Shown here: positions 1 through 13,436 of the stretch, in pieces
How the letters are laid out: each line of letters opens with the position of its first letter
Numbering within the stretch: the first letter of the stretch is position 1
Source: Epiperipatus broadwayi
Lineage: Eukaryota; Animalia; Onychophora
Reading direction: 5' to 3'
DNA length: 64,000 bases
Assembly (NCBI GenBank): GCA_028023455.1
Contig: JAQFVV010000002.1
Span: forward strand, 30,194,001 to 30,258,000
Position numbers and translations under genes: made by a program
Notes under the pieces: generated by a model
Told to the model about the DNA's origin: nothing
The model's database searches: none
What the model saw: only the letters and a program-made list of their open reading frames with translations

Positions 1-1122
1 TTATTATAAGTTTCCCTCTGCGATTGTCGGTATCAATAATTTTGTATTTTGATCGTTTATGTTTATTTTGAAATGTTTTTGACCGTGGAATCTATGTAAT
101 CGATCTATACCAACATTTTTAAACAAATCTGTGCAACGTATCTAAATGTTAAAAAGTAAGTCGGGGTGAATGGCTATATAGTTTTGTAAAGTTGTATTAA
201 GGGAGGGTAATCTTAGGTTATTCATTTCGTAGTTGAATTGGTTCAATGGATTGGATATATTTGTGTAATTAGTAGATGTAGTATGAGGTCTGCTACGGGC
301 AGGATTATAGATATATCCACACACCCTCTGTTTGCCTATGGATGGGTTTGTAAGTCGGCAGAAGACCGCAGTCCATTCCTATGGAGTTTTTAGTTTATTG
401 ATCTACTTGCCAACAGATGGTCACATTCCTGTTGGTGGAGAGTCAATATCTTCTCTATTTCTACTTATTGTTCAGATGTACATTCCTGACAATATAGTAT
501 TTTGTGTTGTCGTATCATGCTACATTGAATACATGAATGTATCAGATGGATTGGCGCCAGTTGATTGCGAAATTTGTTGCCTAAGGTTAAATCAGGGAAG
601 AATATTTTCCTTTCAAATGCAGACCTATGTAGTCCATTAATACTCGACCCTCTAAATAAATAGTAAACTCATTATTTGAAATCTACTTAAATTTAGAATT
701 AAAGATCAATATAAAATTATAAACAAATTTATTCCTCAAAATTTAAATATTATTTTATATGTGTGTAAATAAATATTTTTATATGTTAATTTCTGGCAGT
801 GGCTTTTACTCTTTTATATTTAAGATATAAAATTTATAGATTTTTATCTCTGCGTCTCCGCTGAGCTAGTGACTTGGGCTAACGATCGGAATATTTAAAT
901 AAAGTGGAATCTTAACAGCGCGTATCTGCCTACTTTATAAATTTTTCTAGGCTCAAATGCCTAGATGGCGCCCTTGGTAGTGCAGTGCGATGCGATCTCC
1001 CACTTCATTTCGATCGTTATAGTACTTTTAATTAAAAGCAGAAGTTGTAAAAAGAAAAATATGGAAGAATTCTTAAAAACAATAAAAGAAGGAGGCGACA
1101 CATTCTTTAATGTTAGACTGGG

Positions 1123-1416
1123 TATGAACAATGAGGATTGCCAATTCCTCAACAAGCTTTGTGATAAATGCTTAGCCAGAGCTAGCACTTAAAATATCTC
1201 TGTCAGGACCCCCCCCCCCAACCCCTGACCATGGTTTCGGGCTTTGGCACTCCTCAGAGAGGTGCCGGGGGGGGTTTCCTGACAGATATTTTAAGTGCTG
1301 GCTCTGGCTAAGCATTTATCACAAAGCTTGTTGAGGAATTGGCAATCCTCGTTGTTTATAACTTACAAGCTTAAGAGATAGGGTCATGTGATCTATGACT
1401 CTTATTTTGACTATTT
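1123..1416 (-). mobile_element. Fold-back, hammerhead-bearing non-coding element, family 1 (Penelope-type footprint)
   Basis: ~80-bp inverted arms (1128-1208 / 1277-1356), unpaired ~55-nt tail 1357-1416, hammerhead in the loop, flanking direct repeat TTAGACTGGG (1113-1122, 1417-1426). Confidence 0.8.
1222..1262 (-). ncRNA. Type I hammerhead ribozyme motif (family 1)
   Basis: Minus strand: CCUCU-CUGAGGA-GUGC caaa GCCC-GAAA-CCAUGG-UC-AGGGG. Stem I 5 bp, palindromic helix III, GUC site. Confidence 0.85.
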
Positions 1417-4400
1417 TTAGACTGGGAATCATTAAAAAAAAAAACAAAAAAAACCAGTCTACCTCTAATTATTGGAAAAAAGCAGGGGGTAAAAAATTGT
1501 CCATGGAGACAATATTAAATTCAGGAGAAACTTTTTGTTTTGTGAACTATAAATATGGTTGACATATACATCGCTGTGTTGGAAAGAAATGGATTTATTA
1601 AATATAAATTGTCACTAGCCGAAGTGGAAACTTTTGATTTATGGATCATTATTTGTTGATAAAGCCACAGATAATGCATTGTTGAGTAATTTAAATGTGT
1701 ACCTGCTCACCATAATTATGTAATCACCTGAGTACTGCATGAATTTGACTTTTAAATGCCATGGCAAATAGGATGAATTACCACTAATGTATACCTATGA
1801 AGAATGTGTGCCCCTATCATGGTTGGAAACTGAACACTTAAATTGTACAAATGTGAAGGATAAGATATCACAGGATTTATCCCATACTGCTCAGTAATGG
1901 AAGTTATAAATATATATTCCATAGTAAGACAGTCCCTTTTAATAAAAGAAAGTAGAAGAGGTCTTAATAAGTCTGTGTAATGCATTTATTGTATTTTAAT
2001 TTATTTCTTTTATATTGGTAGTTACGTTATTTGTAATTAAGTGAAATTACTCTAAAATAATTATTTTTACTTTGCTTGTGTAAGTTAATTGTATCTTGTA
2101 AAGTAAATTATTAGTTTATAAAATTCACTTGGTCTGCCATTTTATATCGCAGCTTTCATTTCCAATGTTCACACTAACACTTATCGGTTCCATGTTTATT
2201 AAAAAAAAATTAAATTAGAAAGAATGCTTAACCACTGAGCAAAACCCAAATTTTTCCATTTCTCAATTGAATGAATAGTACCCTAATAAAAGTTGCAAAC
2301 ATATGTCTTTCCATGTAAAACAAATTTTCTCTGAATGGTGGTAAATCCTATTTCGAACCCCTAGTGTTGATTTTGTGGAGATGATTAGGTCACATAATCC
2401 ATTCATAGGTTCAATCATCTTCATTCTTATCTACTTTTATATAACTCTAAGAAAATTACATCAATTAGTTAGTAATATATATTAAGGCTATAACTTAAGA
2501 CTATGAGCCTAAATGCGACAGTAGGGACCGCTACAAATTTTAACACAAGATTAACTAGTTTAAAAGACAAGAGCGACCACTTTTATTTTCATCCTACTTT
2601 CTAATTTTATAGGTGAATTTAAAGCATTTTGATTTGAGAGCGTGAAGCTATTAACTACTTCACTGATTAAGTCCAAAATTTCTATACAAGCTAACATACG
2701 TGAAATCTTTCGATTTACAGCGAGTCAGTGTGAAGCTCTTATAATTAGAAATCAATTAGTTAGTTATATTTAAAGGTAATCCCGTCAGGTTACCAGTACA
2801 ATATACTATTTTAATTACATGCTATTCAAATATAAGATGTGAATATAAAAAAAATGAAATGCTTCAAAAATAAAACAATAAAATTTGTAAAATTAATAAC
2901 TTATAATAAGGATGCAAATAAATAATATAAAAACTCTGTCAGATAATGAAAATTATTCTACACGAATAAAGCATGATAATGGTTTGCAAATGTTTAATTT
3001 AATTTTTTAGCGAGGAAACAAAATGTAATAATTTATAATGTAGTACAAGATAATTTTGTGAATTTATCAAATGAATAAGGATGCAACCATTTTTTTTTCT
3101 CTGAGGTTTATCAATAATATTTTTTCAGGTTATATTGAAAACACATTTCTTTGTTGTTGTTTTTTATTCCTCTAAAAGTTTGATATGGTACTGTGATTCA
3201 TGTGATGAAATGTTTTCTAAATATAAAGCTAGGCTTTTACAAAATTTAAGAAAATTTATAAACTATCATAAGTCCTAAAATAAAAATTATAGTGACAGAC
3301 AGGAAAATAACTGTAAAACATTCTTGTATTGCATCAAAGGGCATATTAGATTTGAAGAGTTTGCCAAAGAATCAAAAATGGATAATGACATGTAAGGATG
3401 ACTATAGATTCCAAAGTCAGGAAGGATTCAAAAATACCTAAGCAACTAGAGATGCCATAGCCTGCTCATAACAAAACTGCTATTCATTTCTGTAGCGAAA
3501 AAAGTTATTGAATTAAAAGGATATTGTTCAGCATGTTGAATTGACATGAAAGTCTAATACTTTGCTGTTCATTTCATTTTTTTTTTTTAAAAAGATAAAG
3601 ATATATAGTTTTTTATTATTTTTTTGAGGGAATATGAATGAGTGAACACATACACAGTAAATATATAAATGAGCTCTATCAGTTTATTAATATCTAGATT
3701 ATTTTTAAAATTTTTTATTTATGCAATCTTAATTTATAAATATATACTATATGTATAAAAAAGCATCTGAGTTATATATAGATGTGCATGTTGAAAAACA
3801 TTGCACACTTACTGTACAATAAACAGTATGTATTGCAATCAAGATTTATCACAAAAAATATGAGCTTTTATCAGCAATATACATGAAGGGGGGGGGGGAA
3901 TCCATAAAAATTTCAATTCTATAAAACGAAGAAAATGATTTACATCCATGACAAAAATGTACTTGCATTTCAGATTGTAGGTATGCTGTAAGTTTCACTA
4001 AAACATGAAAATAATATACTTTATTTAGAAAAAACCCTGAAATTAATATCTTTCATGAACAAAAACAATTGGAAACAACTATTTCCAAAAAATGTATCAA
4101 TGGAAACATTCCTGAGGACATTAAATTATCATTGAAGGCAAACACAATCCCAAATAAATTAAATTAACAACAAGGGTGAATGCAAGTCCACAATAAATTG
4201 AATTATAAAATAAATGAGCCCAACAATAAAAAAATAAACCGTGTATTCTATAAAAAACTGATTGACAAATATTATTTTCAGGTTGTTTTTTATATTTTGC
4301 AAACATTATTTTCATTACTAAAAAATGAAACTTATTGATTACCATCTTATTTACTTTGGTATATGGATGATGTCTTCATCAAACAGTAGAATAACATAAA

Positions 4401-6204
4401 ACTAGAAGTAATTTTTAAATATTTTTGTTTATTTATTGTTAATAATAAAGCAATGCATAAATTTAATTTAGCAGTATATTTATTGTGACGTTAAGAGAGT
4501 TACGATTTACTTGCTTAAGCATTTAAGAATGATATTAGCTATTGAAGTTAAAACTCTAGACAGTTGTTATTATGATAATAAATAAATAAATAAATAAATT
4601 GATAATTAAACCACTAAATATCAGTACTGTATGGAGAGTTTTGCCTCTGTGTAAATTAATAATATACCTGTAAGGTAACTGATTTAAATTGTATTTTATG
4701 AGTGATATAGTGGTACAGATTGGTATCATGACATGCAAGGTAGTATGTGTTTGGGTATATAATTAAAGCTTAAATTGAAAATTAGAAATAAGCACAGATA
4801 AAATTTACATATATAATTATTTAATATCAAATCTGAAATAACAAGTATTGATGAAGTAATAATATTTGATATTTTTAAAGTACTATAAATTATTTAAAAT
4901 CAAATATAAAAAGATGTATTTCATACTTTGAATGTAACAAAGAAAGAAATTTAATCTAAAATAAGGATGTTTTTTCTGTGCAATATACATTAATTATAGA
5001 ATTAATTCTATAATCTGTTTTTACATAAAAGATTAAGAAAGGATTTTTTTAATTAAAACATTTTTGGTTTTGATAAATATAAATTTAAAAACAGAACAAT
5101 TGTAATTTAATTATTACATTGTTTTTATTAATCAAAAAGAAAATACTTATTGTTAATTATCCTGTTTCTACATTCCATCGTATATACTATAAATAGTTGA
5201 TTCAGTTTAATTGAGATTATTTAGAGTGTGTATAAAGTATTGAGGGAAGCAATGCGGGACAGCTCCGTGATGTCATAGCCCAATATATGGCAAATAGACC
5301 TCTTGGCTGGCTGAAATTTATGAAATTGTAAAAGCCGAACTGAATTGCGAATTGCTATCATCTGTCTTATTTATATGTTAACTAGGACATTTCACACCAG
5401 CAATATATATAAGAAAGTACCTTAGTAATCTTAAGACTTCAGTATATTGTGTATACATACATGAAAGCACAGACAAAATAAATTACTGTCAGTTATGGAA
5501 GAAATTTTCTAATGTATATTGACATATTCTTTCAGCCTGTAATTCTGCTATTAATAAAAATGTGTTTCTCCGACTTATTTCATTTTATTTATTTTTTTAA
5601 TAAGAGGAAAATTTTATATAATAACGGAGATAAAACAATTTTTGAATAAATTCGTTAAATAAAGAGGAATAATGTTCAGCAAGAAAAAAAATTGACTGAC
5701 CAGTAAAGTCTCTAGAGGATAGTAACTAGATATTTTTTTTTTTAGAATTTTATTATATCAGTCATAAAAAAATTCTTTTAAAGTTTAAAAAAAAAGTAAT
5801 GGAATGTGTATTCTAATGACATGTGAATATCCATGATTTTAAAATGAGTTAATGGATTCCTTCTTTCTATAATTAGATTTGCGAAAGTATTTATAAATTA
5901 TTGAAAATTGATCAGAATTAATCATTGAATTATATATATGTATTACATACATCACTTACTATTTATATATCATTAAAATAGAATAATATCGGCCTATAGC
6001 CCTATACATTTAATGAGTGAAATAATTTAAATTACAATATTCATTATGTGTGTGACTATCTACATGCGTACACATAGCTAAATCAATTCATCTGGTTAGG
6101 CATTTTAAAATTAGGCTAATATGATATAATGATTGGATTATTTTGGACTATATGATTTGAGAAAGAGGACGCTCTGAGGAAGGTACTGATTTGAGAAAGA
6201 GGAC

Positions 6205-6243
6205 GCTCTGAGAAGGTACTTGATATTGTACTGAAACGTCAGC
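6205..6243 (+). ncRNA. Minimal type I hammerhead motif with upstream partial tandem duplicate
   Basis: GCU-CUGAGAA-GGUAC uugauauu GUACU-GAAA-CG-UC-AGC. The duplicate at 6153-6186 has the intact core CUGAGGA. Confidence 0.6.
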
Positions 6244-6367
6244 ATTTAGCTTTTTCACTACACGGAATATCCCGCAAATAGTAATAATAATATGACATCC
6301 TTTATCTGTGAAAATATTAGAATTAACATATATATATTTAATACCACTTAAAATTTATATATTTAAC

Positions 6368-6745
6368 TAAGTAAATAACTTAAATTATATGTAACTGAAC
6401 AGGAAATAACTGAAGCTTCCAATGAGTTATATCATGCTTGCAACCCAATCACAATCATCTATCAGCCCAGAAGTCAGACCAACCATAGATACATGAGGAA
6501 CATACACTTTGTCAAGAAGTTCGTATAGCACATGTGACATTTCAATTTCATATACACAGCAGGTTAGAGTTTCTCTAGAAATAATATGTATATGAAGTTG
6601 AAATGTCACATGACCTATATGAATTGGTTGACAAAGTGTAGGTTTCTAATGTATTTATTACCTGGTTGGGCTGATGGATGGTTGTGATTGGGTTGCAGGA
6701 ATGATATAACTCATTGGAAGCTTCAGTTACTTCCTGTTCAGTTAC
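6368..6745. mobile_element. Fold-back element family 2 (related copy ~35958-36125)
   Basis: Long imperfect inverted arms (GTAACTGAACAGGAA...TTCCTGTTCAGTTAC). The left arm carries an extra taagtaaataact segment also present at 35958. Confidence 0.65.
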
Positions 6746-7050
6746 AATATATATATATATATTTGTAAACTATAATTTAAATAATGTTACATGCATAATT
6801 TTGCTTGTCAATCTATTAAAATATTTTGTAATATTTATAAATAGTCGAAATCAGAATAATCTGTTTAAAAATGTAGAATTATTTATGGAAACATTCATTT
6901 TTAATACTATTATTATAGATCAAATTTATCAATCATTATTTCAAGTTTAAGTTATTTAATACTAGTATAGTTTTAATATTGTGCATTTTCTTTTGTTCAC
7001 AGTCACCAGGGTCTTTACAATTCTAAAGCTAGCTTTGACTAATGCTATAT

Positions 7051-7271
7051 AAAAATGGCAAAACTCTCTATACGTATGCCACTCAGTGCAAGCCAGAGTA
7101 ATCAATGGATGTCAGAAGGCTTGTGCATAAAATCCCCAACTAGTGCCTACTCATCCATTATCCCCAGACTAGTTTCTGGCTTATGGCCTTCATCAATGAG
7201 GAGCCTTGGATCTGAGAGCACTGCATCTAGATCTAGTTATAAGCAAGCATGAGAAATGGTGATCATGTGAT
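7051..7271 (-). mobile_element. Hammerhead-bearing element family B, copy 1
   Basis: GGCAAAACTC arm, core and GATCATGTGAT tail shared with five other copies; hammerhead motif 7161-7202 on minus. Confidence 0.75.
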
Positions 7272-8166
7272 GTTTATTGGCTTAATGATACATAGGGTGT
7301 GTGTGTGGACATGTTATTCTCTTTAGAATTATGTAGATGATACAAAGATAATGTTTGATGATGATGAGTAGATCATTGATTATCAGTGCACTCATGGTAA
7401 CCTGATGACCAAGTGCATTGACGATGATTAGGATTGATATAATAATCCCAATATTTTTTTGATCTTATTATTAGTTATTTTAGCACTTACATATATGGAT
7501 GCAATTGATATTATACAGCAAATTTAGTATTGGCTTGATGATGATTAATTTAAGAATTTATAGTACGTTAATATTACTGTAGTAAATCCAGTCACAAAGG
7601 TTGACTTGAGTAATTTGCTAATCGACGGTGATTAACTTGCTGCTGATACTCGGACTTGTTTATTGGCTTTTGATGCCAATTCTTTCATATTCATTTACTG
7701 TATTCATAGTCGTTTATTGATTGCTTGTTTCCTTATCCCTCACTATCCCATTATTCTGTACCATTAACGATATATATATATGTCTATTTAAAATTTGAAT
7801 TGATAAAGTAATTCAATACAAAATATGTAGTGTTTTACAACTAAATATTTCAAGCTATGTTTATTAAAATAAAACAAGCTATTTAAAAATGTAAGGTTGT
7901 CGACATATATATTTAAAATGGAATATATTAATGCATACATGTGAATTAGAATTTTAAAATCGGGCAGAATTTGATTATTTATATTAAATGGTTTGGTCCA
8001 TGTATCCAAATGTACTGATTACTAAAGATTATCATCATATTTAATAAATTTGCCTGTGTGCCTAAAACTTAGTAGTTGTTAATGTCTCATGTATTATGAC
8101 TTGTTGGTGTGATTAAATTAGCAGAAATAATACTGGACTGATATTTTAAGAGCTGATAATCATGCA

Positions 8167-8462
8167 ATATATGGGTAAAAGAACAAACAGGTGTTACTGA
8201 CCTCCTTGAAAAAATTAAAAAACTGGCGTTGGGATGGACATATTGCTAGAAGAGATGATAATAGATGGACAATTGAAATCTTAAACTGGATTCCAAGAGA
8301 TTGTAAAAGACCCAGAAAGAGACCACATGTGAGATGGATGGATGAAATAAGAAAGTGGGTAGGGGTGATGTGGAGAAGAGAAGCTAAAGATTGGAGAAGA
8401 TGGATTGAACTTGGAGAGACCTTCATCCTGCAGTGGATTGATAATGGTTGATGATGATGATG
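8167..8462 (+). mobile_element. 5'-truncated RTE-clade LINE 3' end
   Basis: WRWDGHIARRDDNRWT..L.W.PR..KR..RP..RW peptide, (TGA)n tail, TSD AATCATGCA (8158-8166, 8463-8471). Confidence 0.9.
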
Positions 8463-9870
8463 AATCATGCATTTTTATATTCTCATTGTCAAATAGTATT
8501 GATATTTATTTTGATAATATGAATTTGAAATCTTATAGTCCTCACTTAGTGAATTGGTCTATAATAAAGGAGCAGTGTGAAATGAAGATCTATAATAGTT
8601 GAGCTAAGAAGCATAGCATGATATTTGAATTATGCTACAGTTATGTAGTTCTGGCCATTGGTCATAGTAATGATTTCAATTAAGTTTTATAAAATACGAA
8701 TATTAAGAATTAAGAAACAAATTCCGCATAAGCCATGAGGTAGTCGATATGATCATGATCATGATCGGAATGATTAATGTATGAGAGATATGTATCAGTT
8801 GGTTTCTTGCATGACATTAAAGAATTAAGAAATCTTTCAGATTATCCCAATGAGAAAAAATCCCAGACAGTGACTATAGTTAAGCTTAAGTTGGAAGAAT
8901 TATCCTCTTGTATATCTAATTGAAATCAAATGCTATTGTTATCCATAAGAGGTATAATTGTGATCCCAGGATGAAAACATCTGTTATATATATATATGTT
9001 TAAATTAGACAGCTATTTTTAATGTTTTAGTGTTATATAAGTAATGGATAGTACTGTTTTGTCAATCGTAATAATTTTAAGCATCCTTTGCTCAATTTTG
9101 ATAAGTTGTGGTTCACTTGCACATATTCTATTATATGCTTAACACACGCATATTTATGCAATTATGATCTAGTGTACATTTTAAAAACTTAATTATATTA
9201 CATTTCATAAGAATATTGATAATGGAAATAATCCTAAATTTCTTTTAACGCAAAACATCTCAATTTTATAAGTATATCTATTTGTTAATAAATACTCCAA
9301 TTATTACGGATTAATTTTTCAAATTAATATTTTTTCACAAGGAAGTATTACTATAGATCCATGCAATTCGTGATTCCATTTTAGATAATTTATTTATTTA
9401 TATTTCATACAGTTAAATTTTTTCATTTGATTTGCAGTTAAGCCAGCTAGAAGTTTGGTGATAGTGCATTATATATGTATGATTTTGCATGTGCCGTATG
9501 ATGGATCTTCATGTTATATTTTATTAAAATATTAATCTTTGTCTTTTGAAAAAATATTTTTTCTCCTTTTTTGTGCTCACTGTAACTTATATTTATAAAC
9601 ATTTTGAACTTTTACCCATGAAAATGTAATACGGTTTTATTCTTGTTATAATTTGCTAAATATATAGTGGTAAATGACTAGCGCTATGATTCTAGCCATT
9701 AACATTAAAAGCATGCTCAGCAAATTATAACAATAATAAAACTGCATTACCGTTTCTTGATTAAACATTCAAAATGTTTATAAATATAAATTAATCTTTG
9801 TGTTGTATATTTTTATACGAGTGATTAAGAAAAACATATTTTGTTTTTCTTAACACTAAAAAAATAATAA

Positions 9871-10268
9871 TGTGAAAGGCTGAAACCATTGACAGATGCG
9901 CTCTTTAAAAATGCTTAAATGACAGCCAATCAGATAGTAACAATGACTGCACAAGGAAACTCAATTCAAAACACAAGTCAAAGAGAGACTTTACAAGAAA
10001 AAGATTTCACGTTGTTTATTTATATATAATATTTAGTGAATTAAATATGGTGTTTAAAGCTTCATGCTCTTAGTTCAAAATGCTTGACTCTGGCTTATTT
10101 ATATATAAATTTAAGTAGAGAAGAAGGTGGTTCCATCTTTTTCTCGTAAAGTCTCTGACTTGTGTTTTGAATTGAGAGTTTCCTTGTGCAGTCATTGTTA
10201 TTATCTGATTGGCTGTCATTTAAGCATTTTTAAAAAGCACATCTGTCAAAGGTTTTAGCTTTTCACGT
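9871..10268. mobile_element. Fold-back element family 3 (related copies ~34722-35100 and ~58930-59175)
   Basis: ~130-bp inverted arms containing GACAGCCAATCAGAT / ATCTGATTGGCTGTC; the same motif is in the other copies. Confidence 0.7.
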
Positions 10269-10635
10269 TATTGTTATATCATCTGCTTGCGCTTAATAAA
10301 TTTAATATATTAACACTGAAAAGAAAAATATTGCCTCTGCCCAATCTAATATATATAACGATAAAAATCTAAAAAATTTTAATACATGAAATGTCAAATA
10401 GAATCCCAAAACATTATATGTATGAAATATTTATAAAAAATATATCAAAAGCCTTACCTTTTTGAAATTTTTCAATACAAGAAGTGCAAAAGTTAAATTT
10501 ACAAACTAGACATTATACTTTTGAAATTAAATATTTCAATTATGGAATATAAAATTTAAAACACATTTACAAATATATATATATTATAAAACTAAAAGCA
10601 TAAAGTATTATATGTATGAAATATAAATAACAATA

Positions 10636-10960
10636 AAATAGGCAAAACTCTTCATACAGTAGTGCCACTCAGTGCAAGCTAGAGTAATCAATGGACAGAA
10701 GACTTGTGCATAAAATCCCTATCTAGTGCATACTCATCCAATATCCCCAGACCAGTTTCTAGCTTGTAGCTTTCATCAGTGAGGAGCCTTGGATCTGAGA
10801 GCACTGCACCAGGATCTTAGGATCTAGATAACTAGATGGATTGTATGCACAAACCTTCTTGCATCCATTGATTACTCTAGCTTGCACTGAGTGGCACTAC
10901 TGTATGGAGTTTTGCCTGTTTAACAGCTTGAGCAAGCATAAGAAATAGTGATCATGTGAT
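10636..10960 (-). mobile_element. Family B fold-back copy 2
   Basis: Inverted arms plus tail; hammerhead 10744-10785 on minus; flanking repeat ATAAATAACAATA (10623-10635, 10967-10979). Confidence 0.8.
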
Positions 10961-11768
10961 AAAGTGATAAATAACAATACCAAAGGATTAAATTCTTTCA
11001 ATCTTTCAAAACCAGAAATGTAAAATACACATTGTAAAGTCACATATTTATATATTTCTCTGTGCGAAGTATATTATAAAAAATAATAACGTATCTTTAT
11101 AATATGAAAAATTAATTTTTTAAATTGAAGCACTTGATTGAAAAAAAAAGAAAACCTAATAAAAAGTATGTTTTCTTTATGAAAGCCCACTACGTTCATT
11201 GTAAAATCAGAAAAGTTCTGACGTCTAGTAATTCCAGCTGCCATTTATTAAATATATGTGAACTAGAATTGGAATTAATTGTTAAATGCTCAAAAATGAA
11301 TATATAACTTAACAGATATTATCAAATAGCATTCGTCAATCTAACGTGTGAAACAAAAGTGGTTTGGATGCAAAGCTAAAAATTGGAGATTCTCAATTAA
11401 ACATTCTCTGTCTGTCTATGCATTTGATACATATGTGGTTGTTTGTTCATTGAATTTGGAGTATTATGCTCAAAAGTACTGGATTAGACATCCAGGATTG
11501 TAATTTAAGCAGTCGTGGTACAAATATTAAATCTTGTGGTGAAGTTAATCCATTTAAGAGGCTAAAAGGTAGCGGCTTTGTAAAATAACGACTATCATTC
11601 CATGGAATGAAACAAAGCTGGTTGTTACTATATTACCCTCAGTCTTTTTCATTAAAATATATGCACACACCTATACTTAGTATTTATTTGTTGGACTATT
11701 TCCATCATCTAATATTAAATGTTGAATGTCGTTAGAAAAATTTAATTTTATTTAAATTTTCAATTACA

Positions 11769-11995
11769 TGGGCCGACCAGTGACAGTATTAGCATGGGAA
11801 TCGAACCTGGACCATTAGATTCTTGAATATTGAATTTTCAGGTAGTGCTTGGCAGGATGGCTCAGTTGGTTAGAATGCTACCTTAAAATTCAATATTCAA
11901 AAATCTAAAGGTTCAGGTTCGATTCCCATGCTATCTGGAGAAGATAGGAGAATAATACCACTCGAAACATTGTGTATATTCTAACCTGTGTGCTA
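11769..11995 (+). mobile_element. tRNA-headed, hammerhead-bearing fold-back element, family D
   Basis: A box TGGCTCAGTTGG (11858-11869), B box GGTTCGATTCC (11916-11926), inverted copy of the head on the left, decayed hammerhead 11932-11975. Confidence 0.65.
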
Positions 11996-13217
11996 TTACA
12001 TTATAATAGTTGAATGTAATTGAAAATTTATATAAAGTTAAATTTTTTTAAAGATACCCAATATTTAATATTAGATGATATCCAACATATAAATGTCTTC
12101 ATCACAAACCTTCAGGCAAATACACGTTTATTGTTCAACATAACATTCTTTTTTTTTAAAATGATCAGATTGTTGCTTGACATTTATATCAAGGATGTAA
12201 TTTTATTAAATTTAATCTTTTTTATTAACTTTGTTAATCTGTGAGATCAATTAAATTAATATTTGACAATATTTATTTAATCTTAATGTATCGCATTTAA
12301 TTTTGTTATTGATTTGTTGATATTTAGTTGTTGTTTTTTTATATTTTGAAATAATGTTTTGATATGCAATAAAAAAATTAGTTTTGAAAACTTAATCAAT
12401 AATTATATATCTACTTATATTATTTTAATTTAACTTAAAAATTAAATATATTTGTCTTATAAAAAAGATATTTTTACTAGTTTTTTTTTTCATTCTTTGC
12501 TTTTTATATACATTGTTACAGTTATTTGAATATATGTTATAAATTTTAAGTTATTTTTCCTTCTCTAAATTAATTTTTAAAAATCAAGTTTTCTTCCTTC
12601 AGGCTTAATTTCCTTTTCTACTAAAAAAAAACTAATAAAAAGACATGCTTTGATTCTTAAATAATTAAAATTCTAGTTTGCTTATTTCTGATTCTTTTTG
12701 GATTAATCTTTTAAAATCAAAAAATAGACTAAATTATGTTCTCTTTATCATTAACAGTATATTCTTTTATGTGCTTGTTCTTTTAAATTTATTTCTAATC
12801 ATTTAACAATCTTCTTACAAAGACAACTTATGACTTCATATTAATTAATACATTCCTTAAGGTTTTGATCAACTAGAAGATTACATAAGTCATTTATTAC
12901 CATATTTGAAACATTTTTGTGCAATATATAATATTTGAAACATTATATTTCTACGAATAGAATTTAAAGTAATACGTATCTTTCAATTAACAAGTGTATA
13001 ATGAATAAAGTTTAGTTTGATGCATATGAATGAAAGATACTTCCCCCTTTTTTTGATTTTGTTAAGTGAATGCCACAATATTTGGATTTCTTCATTGAGA
13101 AATGGGAGCACATTATGAAAGTATGTAACACATCACAGTTGAAAATAATTTTGTTTTTATTATTTGAAATAGATTGAATATAAAAATATGTATATGATCT
13201 CTTAGTAAAGATATTTT

Positions 13218-13436
13218 GGTACTGATTTAGTATGCGCTCACAGCCATTTTGAATTATAAGAACCGCCCCAAACCCACGCTGACACATATTGATGAAAATT
13301 GCGATTTTGTAACGAATGGTCGGGCTGCGACCACGTGTAGATTGATCGATGCCATTTATCGCTTGGGTGTGTCAGCATGGGTTTTGGGTGGTTCTTATAA
13401 TTCAAAATGGCTGTGAGAGTATACTAGATCAGTACC
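13218..13436. mobile_element. Hairpin/MITE-like element
   Basis: ~70-bp inverted arms GGTACTGAT...ATCAGTACC, 7-bp flanking repeat GATATTT (13210-13216, 13437-13443). Confidence 0.7.

Noticed and set aside
1-660. ORFs 142-324 and 332-640 as genes or a LINE ORF1
   Set aside because: Higher complexity suggests a decayed retroelement on minus, but no diagnostic motif was recognised and the frames are broken.
958-976. CTCF-like motif GCCTAGATGGCGCC
   Set aside because: A single partial match with no independent support.
2460-2775. Direct repeat ATCAATTAGTTAGT and possible hammerhead on minus near 2700-2740
   Set aside because: The core reads CUGACUC and stem II does not pair.
11853-11930. tRNA gene
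   Set aside because: A and B boxes are present but there is no acceptor stem or proper anticodon arm; it is part of a repeated fold-back element.
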